Below, in pieces: positions 8,831 to 17,947 of a stretch of 64,000 nucleotides of DNA. The notes under the pieces are model-generated. The model had not been told where the DNA came from. It was given only the letters and a program-made list of their open reading frames with translations, and ran no database searches. Source of the DNA: a virus (taxonomy: Duplodnaviria > Caudoviricetes); the IMG/VR virus record IMGVR_UViG_3300035491_000042, positions 1 to 64,000 of that record, one strand, 5' to 3'. The translations under genes and the position numbers were made by a program. Numbering within the stretch: the stretch's first letter is position 1; each line of letters opens with the position of its first letter.

Positions 8831-9186
8831 GCACTAATGCGCTTGTGTTTCTTTTCCCACTTACCAATGGCAATGTTGAAGTAGAACGCGGTGTTGAAGT
8901 AGTCAGTCATCGGGTCACTGTTATCATACCAGTCGCCTTCACGCTTGATGATCTCGACAACTTTTTCCAGAAACTCAATTCGCGCTGGGTGTCCTTCGTA
9001 GTTCTCACGAATGTAGTAGTGATTCACACCTTCATGAACATCGTCGTCGAAGAGGCTTGACTGCATCACAGCAACGTTCAGCGTCATATGGTGGCTGATG
9101 ATCACCGAGAACTTTACTGCCTTACCAAACTCTTCTTTCAGAGCCAGACGGATTTTTTTGGCGGTTGCGGCGTTAATGTAGGCCAT
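8827..9186 (-). CDS. LPD29-like (polyvalent-protein-associated) domain protein
   Basis: KFSV and DNSDPMTDYFNTAFY..IxIGxW motifs. Confidence 0.55.
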   Translation of the reverse strand: MAYINAATAKKIRLALKEEFGKAVKFSVIISHHMTLNVAVMQSSLFDDDVHEGVNHYYIRENYEGHPARIEFLEKVVEIIKREGDWYDNSDPMTDYFNTAFYFNIAIGKWEKKHKRISA

Positions 9187-9221
9187 TTTGATTCCCCTTT
9201 TCTTTGGTTTTGGGTAGTGAA

Positions 9222-9267
9222 CTTTAGCTTGGGATCATTTAACCATAATCCCAAGGTGAAGTCAACT
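9222..9267 (-). repeat. 46-bp promoter-hairpin repeat, copy 2
   Basis: Identical to copy 1. Confidence 0.95.
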
Positions 9268-9474
9268 GTGTTTTTCAAGTAGGCGCAAATGCTCGGCACA
9301 ATTCTGGAACTCTTCCATAGCCCAACGCATACCAGCCGGTGAATTCTCAAAACGCTCTACTTGCGCCCCATACTCAACAACAATCTGGTTTTTGGTGTGG
9401 TCGATATACGCAATCAGGAAGAAAGCGCCGTCGATTGAGTACAGTTCAGTACGTTCATTAGCCATGATACTCAC
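9262..9474 (-). CDS. hypothetical protein
   Basis: ORF; stop codon is the TGA of the repeat's TTGACT. Confidence 0.55.
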   Translation of the reverse strand: MSIMANERTELYSIDGAFFLIAYIDHTKNQIVVEYGAQVERFENSPAGMRWAMEEFQNCAEHLRLLEKHS

Positions 9475-9475
9475 C

Positions 9476-9859
9476 TCAAATAGTATACAGTTTCAGATCA
9501 TCGCCCAAGTACACTTCGACTTGTGGGTACTTTGTTCCATACCCAACCAGATCGGTTAGCTGATCACCTAAAGCACCTGCGCCTCGATCCCAGAAACCAG
9601 CACCGTGTCCGTTTCGAGTCAACCAGAAATCATGACCAGCGCAAACCCAGATAGGTGCATCGTCTTCAATAACCCGTGCCCGGTTGTACTCATCCAACAA
9701 CGGGAAGGTCTCATTGTAAAAATCAGTAGCTTGGGCTGTCAATGCCGCCTTTGCTTCGTCTGCTAGTAGGTCGACATCAGGAAAACCGTCAGTGTCATGA
9801 GCAGTCCAAACAGCAGCAACCATATAGCCTTCGATGAATTGAGATAGACGTTTGTCCAT
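9476..9859 (-). CDS. conserved phage early protein
   Basis: GHDFWLTRNGHGAGFWDRG motif seen in phage early-region proteins. Confidence 0.7.
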   Translation of the reverse strand: MDKRLSQFIEGYMVAAVWTAHDTDGFPDVDLLADEAKAALTAQATDFYNETFPLLDEYNRARVIEDDAPIWVCAGHDFWLTRNGHGAGFWDRGAGALGDQLTDLVGYGTKYPQVEVYLGDDLKLYTI

Positions 9860-9862
9860 GAT

Positions 9863-10534
9863 TCAGCCCCTTGCGATGATGTCGACTTTCTTTTTCGAGA
9901 CGCCGTGCGCCCGGAATCCGATCACAAAGTCACGGTTAGCGTGTTGGCAGAGCTGGCAGGTGCTACAGGTCACCTTGTCGCTCTTCTCGGCAGGGCAAGC
10001 CACTACCTTGACGTCATTGACCGTCTGAACGTTTGGGGCGTCAATCGGCAGGATACAGACCACTGGCAGCTTACTGGTTTGCTTCAGCAAAGTAGCAGCT
10101 TGGACCGTGTTCGCCGATACGTTGACCGTAAACCCGTTTTTGTTCGCTTTTTCAATAGATTTAAGATTCTCGACCGAAAGCGCATGATGGGTATAGGTGA
10201 ACCCCATTTTGCCTTTGTTGGCACGTGTCAAGGCGGTCAGGAATCCGTCGTCGATGGTTCCGTTTTTGTGCGGCAGGTCACCAGCAACATTGTGACGCCA
10301 AAACTGGTTACGTGGAAGAGACGCGACAGCATGGATAAACTGATCGGCCTCCAGCGCAGTAGACACCTTGCCATCTGTCAGACGACTCCAATGGATACGG
10401 GAGTGACCTAGTTCAGCGTAACACCCGTTCCCTTTGAGCGGGCAGGTTTCCGGGCAAGTATTCATACCTGACATTGTGGTAGGGATAGGACCAGTTTTTG
10501 TATTGCGGGAAATTCGAGTCAGTGAGAAGAACAT
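9863..10534 (-). CDS. Cys-rich Fe-S/radical-SAM-like phage protein
   Basis: NxKTGP, CPxxCP..CYA, RHNVAGD, YTH, CPA..CxxCxLC, FxAHG; start refined to MFFSL. Confidence 0.65.
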   Translation of the reverse strand: MFFSLTRISRNTKTGPIPTTMSGMNTCPETCPLKGNGCYAELGHSRIHWSRLTDGKVSTALEADQFIHAVASLPRNQFWRHNVAGDLPHKNGTIDDGFLTALTRANKGKMGFTYTHHALSVENLKSIEKANKNGFTVNVSANTVQAATLLKQTSKLPVVCILPIDAPNVQTVNDVKVVACPAEKSDKVTCSTCQLCQHANRDFVIGFRAHGVSKKKVDIIARG

Positions 10535-10567
10535 AATAGTACCCCTTTTCTTTGATTGGGTAGTGAA

Positions 10568-10613
10568 CTTTAGCTTGGGATCATTTAACCATAATCCCAA
10601 GGTGAAGTCAACT
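10568..10613 (-). repeat. 46-bp promoter-hairpin repeat, copy 3
   Basis: Identical to copy 1. Confidence 0.95.
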
Positions 10614-10614
10614 A

Positions 10615-10842
10615 TCAGAATGACGCTACCAGTCTCGCAATGTCTTCGGCAGTCATTTTCTCGACTTCAAAGAAGTTGAGATCGGAGCCTACCCCGTCGA
10701 CGTTAGCATGAGCGGATTCAGTGTTTTTGTCGATGCAGACGAACGCCTCAAAGTCCCCAGCGTCACGAACTTGCAGAGACCGAACGCCAGCGCAATATTC
10801 CTCGGTCACAGCGTAGAAAACCCCGTCAATCTGTACTTTCAT
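10615..10842 (-). CDS. hypothetical acidic protein
   Basis: Single-gene cassette between repeat copies 4 and 3. Confidence 0.65.
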   Translation of the reverse strand: MKVQIDGVFYAVTEEYCAGVRSLQVRDAGDFEAFVCIDKNTESAHANVDGVGSDLNFFEVEKMTAEDIARLVASF

Positions 10843-10874
10843 GGTAATACCCCTTTCTTTGGTTGGGCAGTGAA

Positions 10875-10920
10875 CTTTAGCTTGGGATCATTTAACCATA
10901 ATCCCAAGGTGAAGTCAACT
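10875..10920 (-). repeat. 46-bp promoter-hairpin repeat, copy 4
   Basis: Identical to copy 1. Confidence 0.95.
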
Positions 10921-11287
10921 AGACGTTCATGTAGTTGCGAATCTTGACACGGTACTCCCGTGGCTTGCCCGGTACTGGCGTAACGGTTGCATACGTCTGG
11001 GTATGCCCACAACAATCGTGCTCGCAGCAGCAACCGTAGTCCAGTGAGTCTTCAATGGCACGGGCTACCCAGTGACGGATGCCCTTACCGTGACGTGCTT
11101 CGATTGCCCGTTTTTGGGCACCAGACAACGTGACAATAGTATGCTGGGTGTACCCAGTCCCATCATTGTCATACTCGACCACTTTTGGCTTGAGCATCTT
11201 ACCGACTGCGACGAACACATGATCATTCAGATGATCATAGCCAATACGATACCCATGTGTGACGCGTTTGTAAATATTGATTTTCAT
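10919..11287 (-). CDS. hypothetical protein with Cys cluster
   Basis: CCCEHDCCGH; AAGGG RBS. Confidence 0.65.
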   Translation of the reverse strand: MKINIYKRVTHGYRIGYDHLNDHVFVAVGKMLKPKVVEYDNDGTGYTQHTIVTLSGAQKRAIEARHGKGIRHWVARAIEDSLDYGCCCEHDCCGHTQTYATVTPVPGKPREYRVKIRNYMNV

Positions 11288-11303
11288 TTTCGTGCCCTTT
11301 TAA

Positions 11304-11441
11304 TCAAAAGACATTGACCACGTTGGTATGGCGATTCATGTTAATCCAAATCACGATACCCACAACTTGGTTGCCATCCTTAATATAGGTGACACTATCA
11401 CGACCGAAGAAGTCGTGACAATATTCGAGGTTGTCAAACAT
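11304..11441 (-). CDS. small hypothetical protein (45 aa)
   Basis: MFDNLEY... with GGAG RBS; longer track ORF is likely over-extended. Confidence 0.55.
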   Translation of the reverse strand: MFDNLEYCHDFFGRDSVTYIKDGNQVVGIVIWINMNRHTNVVNVF

Positions 11442-11456
11442 TTGACGTTCTCCGTT

Positions 11457-11812
11457 CTGGTTTATTTTGTCGGACGGACTCAACAAAGTCAAGTCCGTCC
11501 TGCAAAATAAACTAGACGTTTTAGCTTTCATAAGCACAACCGCGCAGGTCATTTTTAAGGACGCGACGACGCCCGACGTTATTATTTCAGTGCCTGTCAC
11601 CGGCACGATTCGAGTAGGCGCAGTAGTACATATTTCCGCTAGTATGTTCCCCGTCGGGAGCGATACCTTTACCGAGGCAATCTTTATGACGTTCAAAACT
11701 TTGACATGAATCGTCTAGACATACCTTTCCCAAGGCGTGGCACACATACAAGCCACATTTTACCTTATCCACATTTTTAAAGAGCGTACCGAGCGGCGAC
11801 TTGTCCGTCGGT
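11457..11812 (-). ncRNA. candidate structured 5' leader/ncRNA with boxA
   Basis: boxA-like CGCTCTTTAAAAAT at 11773-11786; several hairpins incl. long stem 11459-11511; no RBS-supported ORF. Confidence 0.45.
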
Positions 11813-11818
11813 GGAGCC

Positions 11819-12257
11819 ATTATAGCAGCTCCGAAAAACCTTGTCAAGCGTCAAAACACCTGACTTGTACCGCATTGCCGATCTAGCTGGCGTGGTGTCA
11901 TTCTATCGAACCGTTGTTGCAATGTCAAGCCCATAATTATCTTGACCGGTTGGGGCTGGCGTGTACCGTTATCCGCCTGACCCGATCCCCTAGATCAGAG
12001 CCGCAACCGTTTGCATGGTTCGCATTATGACGACTGTCACGATGCTTGTCAAGCAACCGTTGAACCGAGCCGCTTAACCGGTTGATCGCTTCAACGGTTC
12101 CAATTGTGCCGGGTGTGAATCCAATTGTCAAGCATGCACCGAAAAAAACTTTCACCGGACGAATGCATGAACCGGGTGCGCACGTAGAAAACGCGCAACA
12201 CGCGTAGAAAACCGCGCGTGTATGCGTATTATATCACACGGAGAATGCGGGTGTCAA
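11819..12257 (-). promoter_or_regulatory. five tandem sigma70 promoters
   Basis: TTGACA-17-TATAAT (11819-47), -17-TAGAAT (11900-28), -17-CATAAT (12024-52), -17-CACAAT (12103-31), -18-TATAAT (12228-57). Confidence 0.85.
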
Positions 12258-12289
12258 TAGGGTCTGGAAAAGTTTTTCAGGGGGGTCGA

Positions 12290-12420
12290 TTGGTCAAAAA
12301 ACGACCAAATTGGTCAAAAAATAGACAAAAACAGAGGTTTTTCCGGTGTTTTTTGGACAAAGTTTGGACATGTCCAAGGACAAAAGTTTGACACTTTTTG
12401 TACACGATTTTTGGACAAAA
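12290..12420. repeat. short TTGG(A/T)CAAAA-type repeats with A/T tracts
   Basis: About 8 degenerate copies; palindrome TTGGACATGTCCAA at 12364-12377. Confidence 0.7.
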
Positions 12421-12424
12421 GCGC

Positions 12425-13180
12425 TCACATGGAGCGCTTTGCAATCGGGCGAGAGAAGTAGGTCATACCATTCTTACCCGGTTTGAAGGTAGCCGTCAGG
12501 CTGATCTGGAGGTCGGTGCATTCCGAAACATCCAGAGCAGCAGGAACGGTTCCCCACAGCTTGTGACCCTCTTCGGTCTTCACCAACATCTTCAGATCAT
12601 ACGTGCTGTAGCGGAAGCCGTCAACCAGCTTGGTGGAAACCACCTTACCGATGATGGTCTTGCGACCTTCGAGGTATACTTCTGGTTCCTCTTTGGAAGG
12701 TTTAACCACGCCGTACTCGATATCCGCAATGATACCGCTGATAACAGACTTCATACCTTTCAGGTACGCGTATGCGATCTTGTTGTCTTCATCGCCCCAC
12801 GCCGCGCCCATGGATACCTCAACGTCATCCAGCTCCAGCTCGATCAGAGCCTGAATGTCAGTAACACGTGCTTTCACGCGAGTAGAGAAGTTACCACCGA
12901 ACTCTTTGGCAGGGAAGTATGGGTCGAGGTCTTCCTTCATGACCGGGAGAAACTCACCAGCAGCAAAGATAACATCACTGTAGTCGCGAGCGTAGTTGTC
13001 ATACATACCGACCGGCATGATGTAACCATCACACGGTGCGTGGTAGCGACCATTACTGTCAACAGAGGGATCGATACCGCTGTTGCTTTCCTTGAAAGCC
13101 GCTTCGATGCGAGCTGCACGGGCGTTACGGAAGGCGTTCAGTGCTTCTACAGCAGCGAGGGTTTTGGTGAATTCGGTCAT
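12425..13180 (-). CDS. hypothetical protein, possible C-terminal OB fold
   Basis: Start MTEFTK with GGAG RBS; beta-rich C-terminus ending FSRP. Confidence 0.65.
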   Translation of the reverse strand: MTEFTKTLAAVEALNAFRNARAARIEAAFKESNSGIDPSVDSNGRYHAPCDGYIMPVGMYDNYARDYSDVIFAAGEFLPVMKEDLDPYFPAKEFGGNFSTRVKARVTDIQALIELELDDVEVSMGAAWGDEDNKIAYAYLKGMKSVISGIIADIEYGVVKPSKEEPEVYLEGRKTIIGKVVSTKLVDGFRYSTYDLKMLVKTEEGHKLWGTVPAALDVSECTDLQISLTATFKPGKNGMTYFSRPIAKRSM

Positions 13181-13212
13181 GGCTAATACTCCAATCAGTG
13201 AATGTGGAGCCA

Positions 13213-13240
13213 ATTATACAGACCGCGTTTAGGATGTCAA
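13213..13240 (-). promoter_or_regulatory. sigma70 promoter
   Basis: TTGACA-16-TATAAT. Confidence 0.8.
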
Positions 13241-13262
13241 GCCCCCTTTCGAGGGCATCGAC

Positions 13263-13646
13263 TTATTTCAGGCCATACTGCTTGCGACGGCGAAGAGCCT
13301 TACGGCGTTTACGAAGGGCTACCCGCTGGGTCTTTGGGTTCTTCTTCTTGGTCTTCACAGACTTTCGAGCTCGCAGCCGTAGCTGTGATTTCGACATACC
13401 TGTTGTCGCCGTAGCACGGCGAGACCGAATCTTTCGATTGAGCGTTTTCCGAATAGTGCCATCAGCGCTCACACGCTTGACGATACTTTCAAGAATAGCT
13501 GCTGCGGTCTCGTCGTCGAGATCATACTCTTCCTTGATGGCCTGCACATCTTCCTCTGTCTCACAACTATCAAGTAGGAAGTCAACGATAGCGTCGACAT
13601 CTTCTTCCAGCTTCGAGTTTTCGGATTCTAGTAGTTCAAGGAACAT
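13263..13646 (-). CDS. prohead core protein (T4 gp68-like)
   Basis: Acidic N-half; KRVSADG...RATATTGMSKS..RARK..K.NP...RKRRKA..RR..GL; TAAATA upstream. Confidence 0.75.
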   Translation of the reverse strand: MFLELLESENSKLEEDVDAIVDFLLDSCETEEDVQAIKEEYDLDDETAAAILESIVKRVSADGTIRKTLNRKIRSRRATATTGMSKSQLRLRARKSVKTKKKNPKTQRVALRKRRKALRRRKQYGLK

Positions 13647-13690
13647 CGGGTTTCTCCATTCTGACAGTATTATTTACTGTCTAGAACAGT

Positions 13691-14341
13691 TTACAGCAGA
13701 TCACTTACCAGAGAGCGTATATCTGGCTTCTCGAAAGTCGACGGTTTCATGATCTTGCCTTTGCTGTTCTTGAAGACACAGTGACCGCTTTCGGTCTTGA
13801 TCATGACGACGCCTTCTGCTTCAGGGCGATTCTGTTCGATCCACTGGCATTCTGACTCGATACCATCGACGTACATCGGGTACTTCGTCCAGTTACTGCG
13901 CATGACTTCGTTGATTACGGCGAGAACATCGACACTTGGGTCAGTGAGAATCTTCTCACACATGCCTTCGAATGATACACGGACAAGTTCATCACTGATG
14001 ACGCACTCTTCTGGGAAGAACATCAAAGCAGCGTCCTCAACCCATTCACCCGGATACGATCCGTCCAGAGTTAAGATACCATCGAACGCGGTCTCATCGC
14101 CGTGAGTATTCAGAAAGTGCAGATACGACAACGTAACGAATACGTCGGCGATACCATCATACGCTTCAACCACGTCCTCGACGATAGCTCCACCGATCAT
14201 CTCGGCGAGTTCGCTACGCACGAAACCGTACTGCGCTGCTTTCTTCTCAGGGGAGAAGTCGTGATTCCCGCCCTCGTATGCAACAGCGTTCCACGCGACC
14301 ACGTCGAATGCTGCTGCTCTCAATTCTTCTACTCGTTCCAT
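13691..14341 (-). CDS. MazG-like all-alpha NTP pyrophosphohydrolase
   Basis: ELAE..EAYDGIAD, EVMRSNWTK, GKIMKP..F..PD. Confidence 0.75.
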   Translation of the reverse strand: MERVEELRAAAFDVVAWNAVAYEGGNHDFSPEKKAAQYGFVRSELAEMIGGAIVEDVVEAYDGIADVFVTLSYLHFLNTHGDETAFDGILTLDGSYPGEWVEDAALMFFPEECVISDELVRVSFEGMCEKILTDPSVDVLAVINEVMRSNWTKYPMYVDGIESECQWIEQNRPEAEGVVMIKTESGHCVFKNSKGKIMKPSTFEKPDIRSLVSDLL

Positions 14342-14442
14342 TCCTTTTTCCTTTTTGGTTAGATTATTACTGATTGGATAACCACTGTACAGGTTCAGAA
14401 AACGTTCGTCAACCCAAATATCGTTTTTCACTAAATAAAGTG

Positions 14443-15389
14443 ATGAAAACACAAGAAACTGCGATAAAAGACTTCCAACACACGCATGGTGATGCATATG
14501 ACTATTCGCTCGTGGAATATAAAAACAACAACACCAAAGTAAAAATCATATGCCCAACACATGGTATTTTTGAGCAGATACCACGCGCTCATACTGCTGG
14601 TCATGGCTGTAAACTCTGTGGCGTGATGGCAGTGACAGAGAGTAACAGAACCCAAACATCCAAATTTATAGAAAGAGCATCAAAGAAATACCCAGACACG
14701 TTTACATACGATAAAACCGAGTACAAACATTCAAAAACCCCTCTCATCGTCACGTGCAGAACGCATGGTGATATACAAGTAGAACCAAGGATTTTTTTTT
14801 GAACAAGGTGTCGAAGTACGGATGTAAACAGTGTTATTGGGATAGCAAGAAACTCACACTAGATGACTTCATAAAACGCGCAACGAAAATACACAAGTCG
14901 AAGTATGATTACTCACACATTAAAGAATTAGACACGGTAGAAACGAAAGTAGAAATCATGTGCCCAGACCATGGTATTTTTGTAACAACCGCTGCGATAC
15001 ACCTCGGTGGTTTCAATTGTCCTCACTGCCAACGAGAAGACGCACTAGGTGGCTACAATTCAGTATTTTTCGAAAGAAACCCGGAACAGAAGAATACAGA
15101 CGCTGTTCTTTATCTTGTTGCGTTTGACGATGGGGACAACACGCAGTTCATAAAAATCGGTATAACGAAAAACCTTCGAACCAGATTTGCTGGCTATAGA
15201 AACTATAAGAAAGTAGTTCTGTTTGAGAAAACGATGACGCTGTATGACGCGTTCTTAGAAGAGCAGAAAATTTTGAAAACTATTAAAAGAAAGTTCATAC
15301 CTACCGATGAAAAGTTCTCTGGTAGGTATGAATGCTTTCACAAGGATGAGCAGGACGATCTTCTTTCCTACCTTAGATCACTACCTTGA
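14443..15389 (+). mobile_element. homing endonuclease with repeated Zn-binding (DUF723-like) modules, split by a frameshift at a T9 run
   Basis: Three YDY..CPxHG..GCxxC repeats plus C-terminal GIY-YIG/T5orf172-like LYLV..KIGIT..RF; ORFs 14443-14802 and 14799-15389; opposite strand to neighbours. Confidence 0.7.
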
Positions 15390-16761
15390 CAATGACTGTT
15401 TCGTCGCGACCTTTTATTTCTTCTGTAGAATGATAAGACTCTAATGCCTTCTCATATGGGTAGCCATCAACATCGTCTACATTCTGTAAGTCGACTTTGA
15501 TACAATCGTGTGACCGGTCATCGTAGAAAATGTAAAGATTCTGACTGGCTCTTGATGTTAAATTGAGAGCATTTTCAGAGTATGCATTAGCACCGGGGAG
15601 GCCAGATGACCGAGCGTATGTGTCTGCGATAAGCGCTTCATGAATATGCCCGAAAATCACATAGTCGATCCGTATGCCTCTAGCTGCGTACTGTGCCCGT
15701 TTCTGAGCAACCTTAGTTGATGGGTTACTAGCCAAACCATTATGCCCATGAATAAGAAGAATGTTACTTCCGAGAACATTGATAACCTTCTCAAGCGGGC
15801 TACTGTAACACTCACCGAAACTAACACCCGGTTTATCACGGAATAACATAGCAAGCCCGTTGTGTAGGATAAAATCGTAGTTATCCTGAGCAATGGCATT
15901 AACCCAACCAACGTCTTTCCCTACGCGAGACTCATTTCCTGTGACACTAAACACCGAAACGTTGAATAGCTCATTCAGATCACAAATCGCCTGCTGAAGG
16001 ATGTCGATGGCGAGGAATAGTGCCTTTGATCGGTTAGCCGCATTTGTGAGTACCTCCTCCAAACGTCTGTCTGAATTTTGGGTATCGCCAGTGATACAAA
16101 CGACGACGTCTGTAATCCCATGAGCACCAAAATAGTGCTTAGCCCGCATGATATGCTTTTTGATTCGTTTCGATGCAATGTCGAAATTGAATTTATTGTG
16201 TGGTAGGTCGATCTGTTCATTGAAATGAAGATCACTCAGGTGAACAATCCCTACCGCTTTCGTCTTCGACGACTTATGACTCTTCGTGTGAATCGTAAAG
16301 GAGTGGTCGCTCATGACGTCCAGCAGAGCGCCTGTGAGCTCTTCCAGCATGTTATTGACCCGACTAGACTCACGTGTCTGCTTTCGCTCCACACGGAGCA
16401 AATCAGCCTGCTTCTGAGCCCGTTTGACCAAACGCTGGTAGTATTCTGGCTCTTCTCGGATCAAACCATGGGTGACGGCACCAGAACGGATGCGACGGAC
16501 CAGAAGCTCAGGGACATTATGGTACTCGGCTAGCTCGCTTGTTGGGGAATCACTGTTCGCGATATGCTCAACGTCTTGCTGCGTCAGCAGGTAAGTCTTC
16601 GAGCTGCGTACAGCACGTACATGGTTGATGTACTGCTGCACACGGGTTTTCTTGCTCTTGGAGCCGAAGACCATTTCTGCGATCTTTCGGCTGCTCAACT
16701 GGTCTTCGAATGCTAGTTTTTCAATGGAAAACTTCTCGTAGTCGGTGAGTGAAAAATTCAT
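15373..16761 (-). CDS. HTH plus calcineurin-like metallophosphoesterase
   Basis: SDLH, TGD, GNE, HGH, GHIH motifs; N-terminal HTH-like segments. Confidence 0.8.
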   Translation of the reverse strand: MNFSLTDYEKFSIEKLAFEDQLSSRKIAEMVFGSKSKKTRVQQYINHVRAVRSSKTYLLTQQDVEHIANSDSPTSELAEYHNVPELLVRRIRSGAVTHGLIREEPEYYQRLVKRAQKQADLLRVERKQTRESSRVNNMLEELTGALLDVMSDHSFTIHTKSHKSSKTKAVGIVHLSDLHFNEQIDLPHNKFNFDIASKRIKKHIMRAKHYFGAHGITDVVVCITGDTQNSDRRLEEVLTNAANRSKALFLAIDILQQAICDLNELFNVSVFSVTGNESRVGKDVGWVNAIAQDNYDFILHNGLAMLFRDKPGVSFGECYSSPLEKVINVLGSNILLIHGHNGLASNPSTKVAQKRAQYAARGIRIDYVIFGHIHEALIADTYARSSGLPGANAYSENALNLTSRASQNLYIFYDDRSHDCIKVDLQNVDDVDGYPYEKALESYHSTEEIKGRDETVIVKVVI

Positions 16762-16771
16762 TACGATTCCT

Positions 16772-17923
16772 TTAAATTGCAACGTCTAGCTGGGTTGCTG
16801 CCCTCGTAACCGCTGTGTAGCGGAACTTCTTGCGTTCGAGGAAGAACGAAACGTCTTCGTCGTAGAACAACACGCTAGAGAAAGTTGAGCCCTGAACCTT
16901 GTGACATGACATACAGTAACCATACCCGAACTTACACAGGACAGTGTTACCGATACTCTTCTCACTATACTCAGATACCCAGCAGTCATTCGCTACGTTC
17001 ACAATGTACTGCTTGCCGTCGTTTTCGCCCTCTTTGTTCAGTATGAATGTAGAAAGCACCTTACCGGGGAACGAACCGACTACTGTGAAACGCTCACCAT
17101 TATTTATGCGGGCTTCCCCTCCGTTGACAATGGTGTTCTGGAGACAAACAACGGTTTCACCAATTTCTGGGAGTTCACCATGGAAACCACGTGCTCGGCG
17201 GATGAGATCGTTGAATCGTTTTCGTGTCTTGTTCATACCACAGACAACAACGTCATATTGATTCTTCTTGTGGAAGTCGAGACGCAGCACGTCTGCTTTG
17301 TTTCTATACGTCAACGCTTCTTTCTTTACTCTAGGAAAAGAATCGTTCTCGCGAAGATGTGAGGCTAGAAAACCGATGCCATTGTTTTCAGAGAACCTGC
17401 GGTTTTTCGTCAGGCTGCATACAGGACCAGCAACGTCAACCATTGCGTTAAACTCTGGTGCGTTACGGTCGGTGTTCACAGATGGAAGCTGGGCTTGGTC
17501 ACCAGCGTAAACGATTGGCACACCAAGGCTCATAAAGATGTTGTGCATCTCTTTTGGTAACATGGAAGCTTCATCTAGGATGAGCCCGTCCGCACACGCC
17601 TCTCGAATCTCATCGTTGGTTTTCTTGTCCCAGCCGATAAGATTCTTTTCATCATCGAAAATTGGCGTATAAAGAAGCGCGTGACACGTTCCAGCGGAAA
17701 TTCCATCCTTTCCTAGCTGGGACGCGGCGCGACCAGTGAACGCAACAACAGAAATCACCTTACCATGCAACTTCATGAATTTGATGACATTGCGCATTAC
17801 ATGCGTCTTACCAGTACCTGCTGGTCCGTTCAATCTAAGGACGTTCGTCCCACGTGAGATTAGGTGAGCACAGACGGTTTCAAACGCGTCTCTCTGTTCA
17901 CCTTCGAGGGTAAAAATGTGCAT
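16772..17923 (-). CDS. dda: Dda/RecD-like SF1B helicase
   Basis: GPAGTGKT, DEASM, GDQAQLP, HKVQGST, YTAVTRA. Confidence 0.88.
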   Translation of the reverse strand: MHIFTLEGEQRDAFETVCAHLISRGTNVLRLNGPAGTGKTHVMRNVIKFMKLHGKVISVVAFTGRAASQLGKDGISAGTCHALLYTPIFDDEKNLIGWDKKTNDEIREACADGLILDEASMLPKEMHNIFMSLGVPIVYAGDQAQLPSVNTDRNAPEFNAMVDVAGPVCSLTKNRRFSENNGIGFLASHLRENDSFPRVKKEALTYRNKADVLRLDFHKKNQYDVVVCGMNKTRKRFNDLIRRARGFHGELPEIGETVVCLQNTIVNGGEARINNGERFTVVGSFPGKVLSTFILNKEGENDGKQYIVNVANDCWVSEYSEKSIGNTVLCKFGYGYCMSCHKVQGSTFSSVLFYDEDVSFFLERKKFRYTAVTRAATQLDVAI

Positions 17924-17947
17924 TAAGCCTCCTGTTCAATACACGAG

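Noticed and set aside
8453-10600. Shared N-terminal peptide MGLWLNDPKLK in track ORFs
   Set aside because: Artefact of translating the promoter repeat; real starts lie downstream with RBS
8486-10920. CRISPR array interpretation of the 46-bp palindromic repeats
   Set aside because: Intervening sequences are about 260-1300 bp and encode genes; repeats contain -35/-10 boxes; no cas genes in window
8486-10920. True integron attC sites
   Set aside because: No RYYYAAC/GTTRRRY ends in the proper arrangement and no tyrosine integrase in the window; the resemblance is only an analogy
11765-11773. Perfect DnaA box TTATCCACA
   Set aside because: Single copy overlapping the boxA-flanking sequence; better explained by rrn boxA similarity or chance
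11587-12155. ORFs 11587-11847 and 11937-12155
   Set aside because: Start inside promoter elements, lack RBS, and overlap a promoter/hairpin-dense non-coding region
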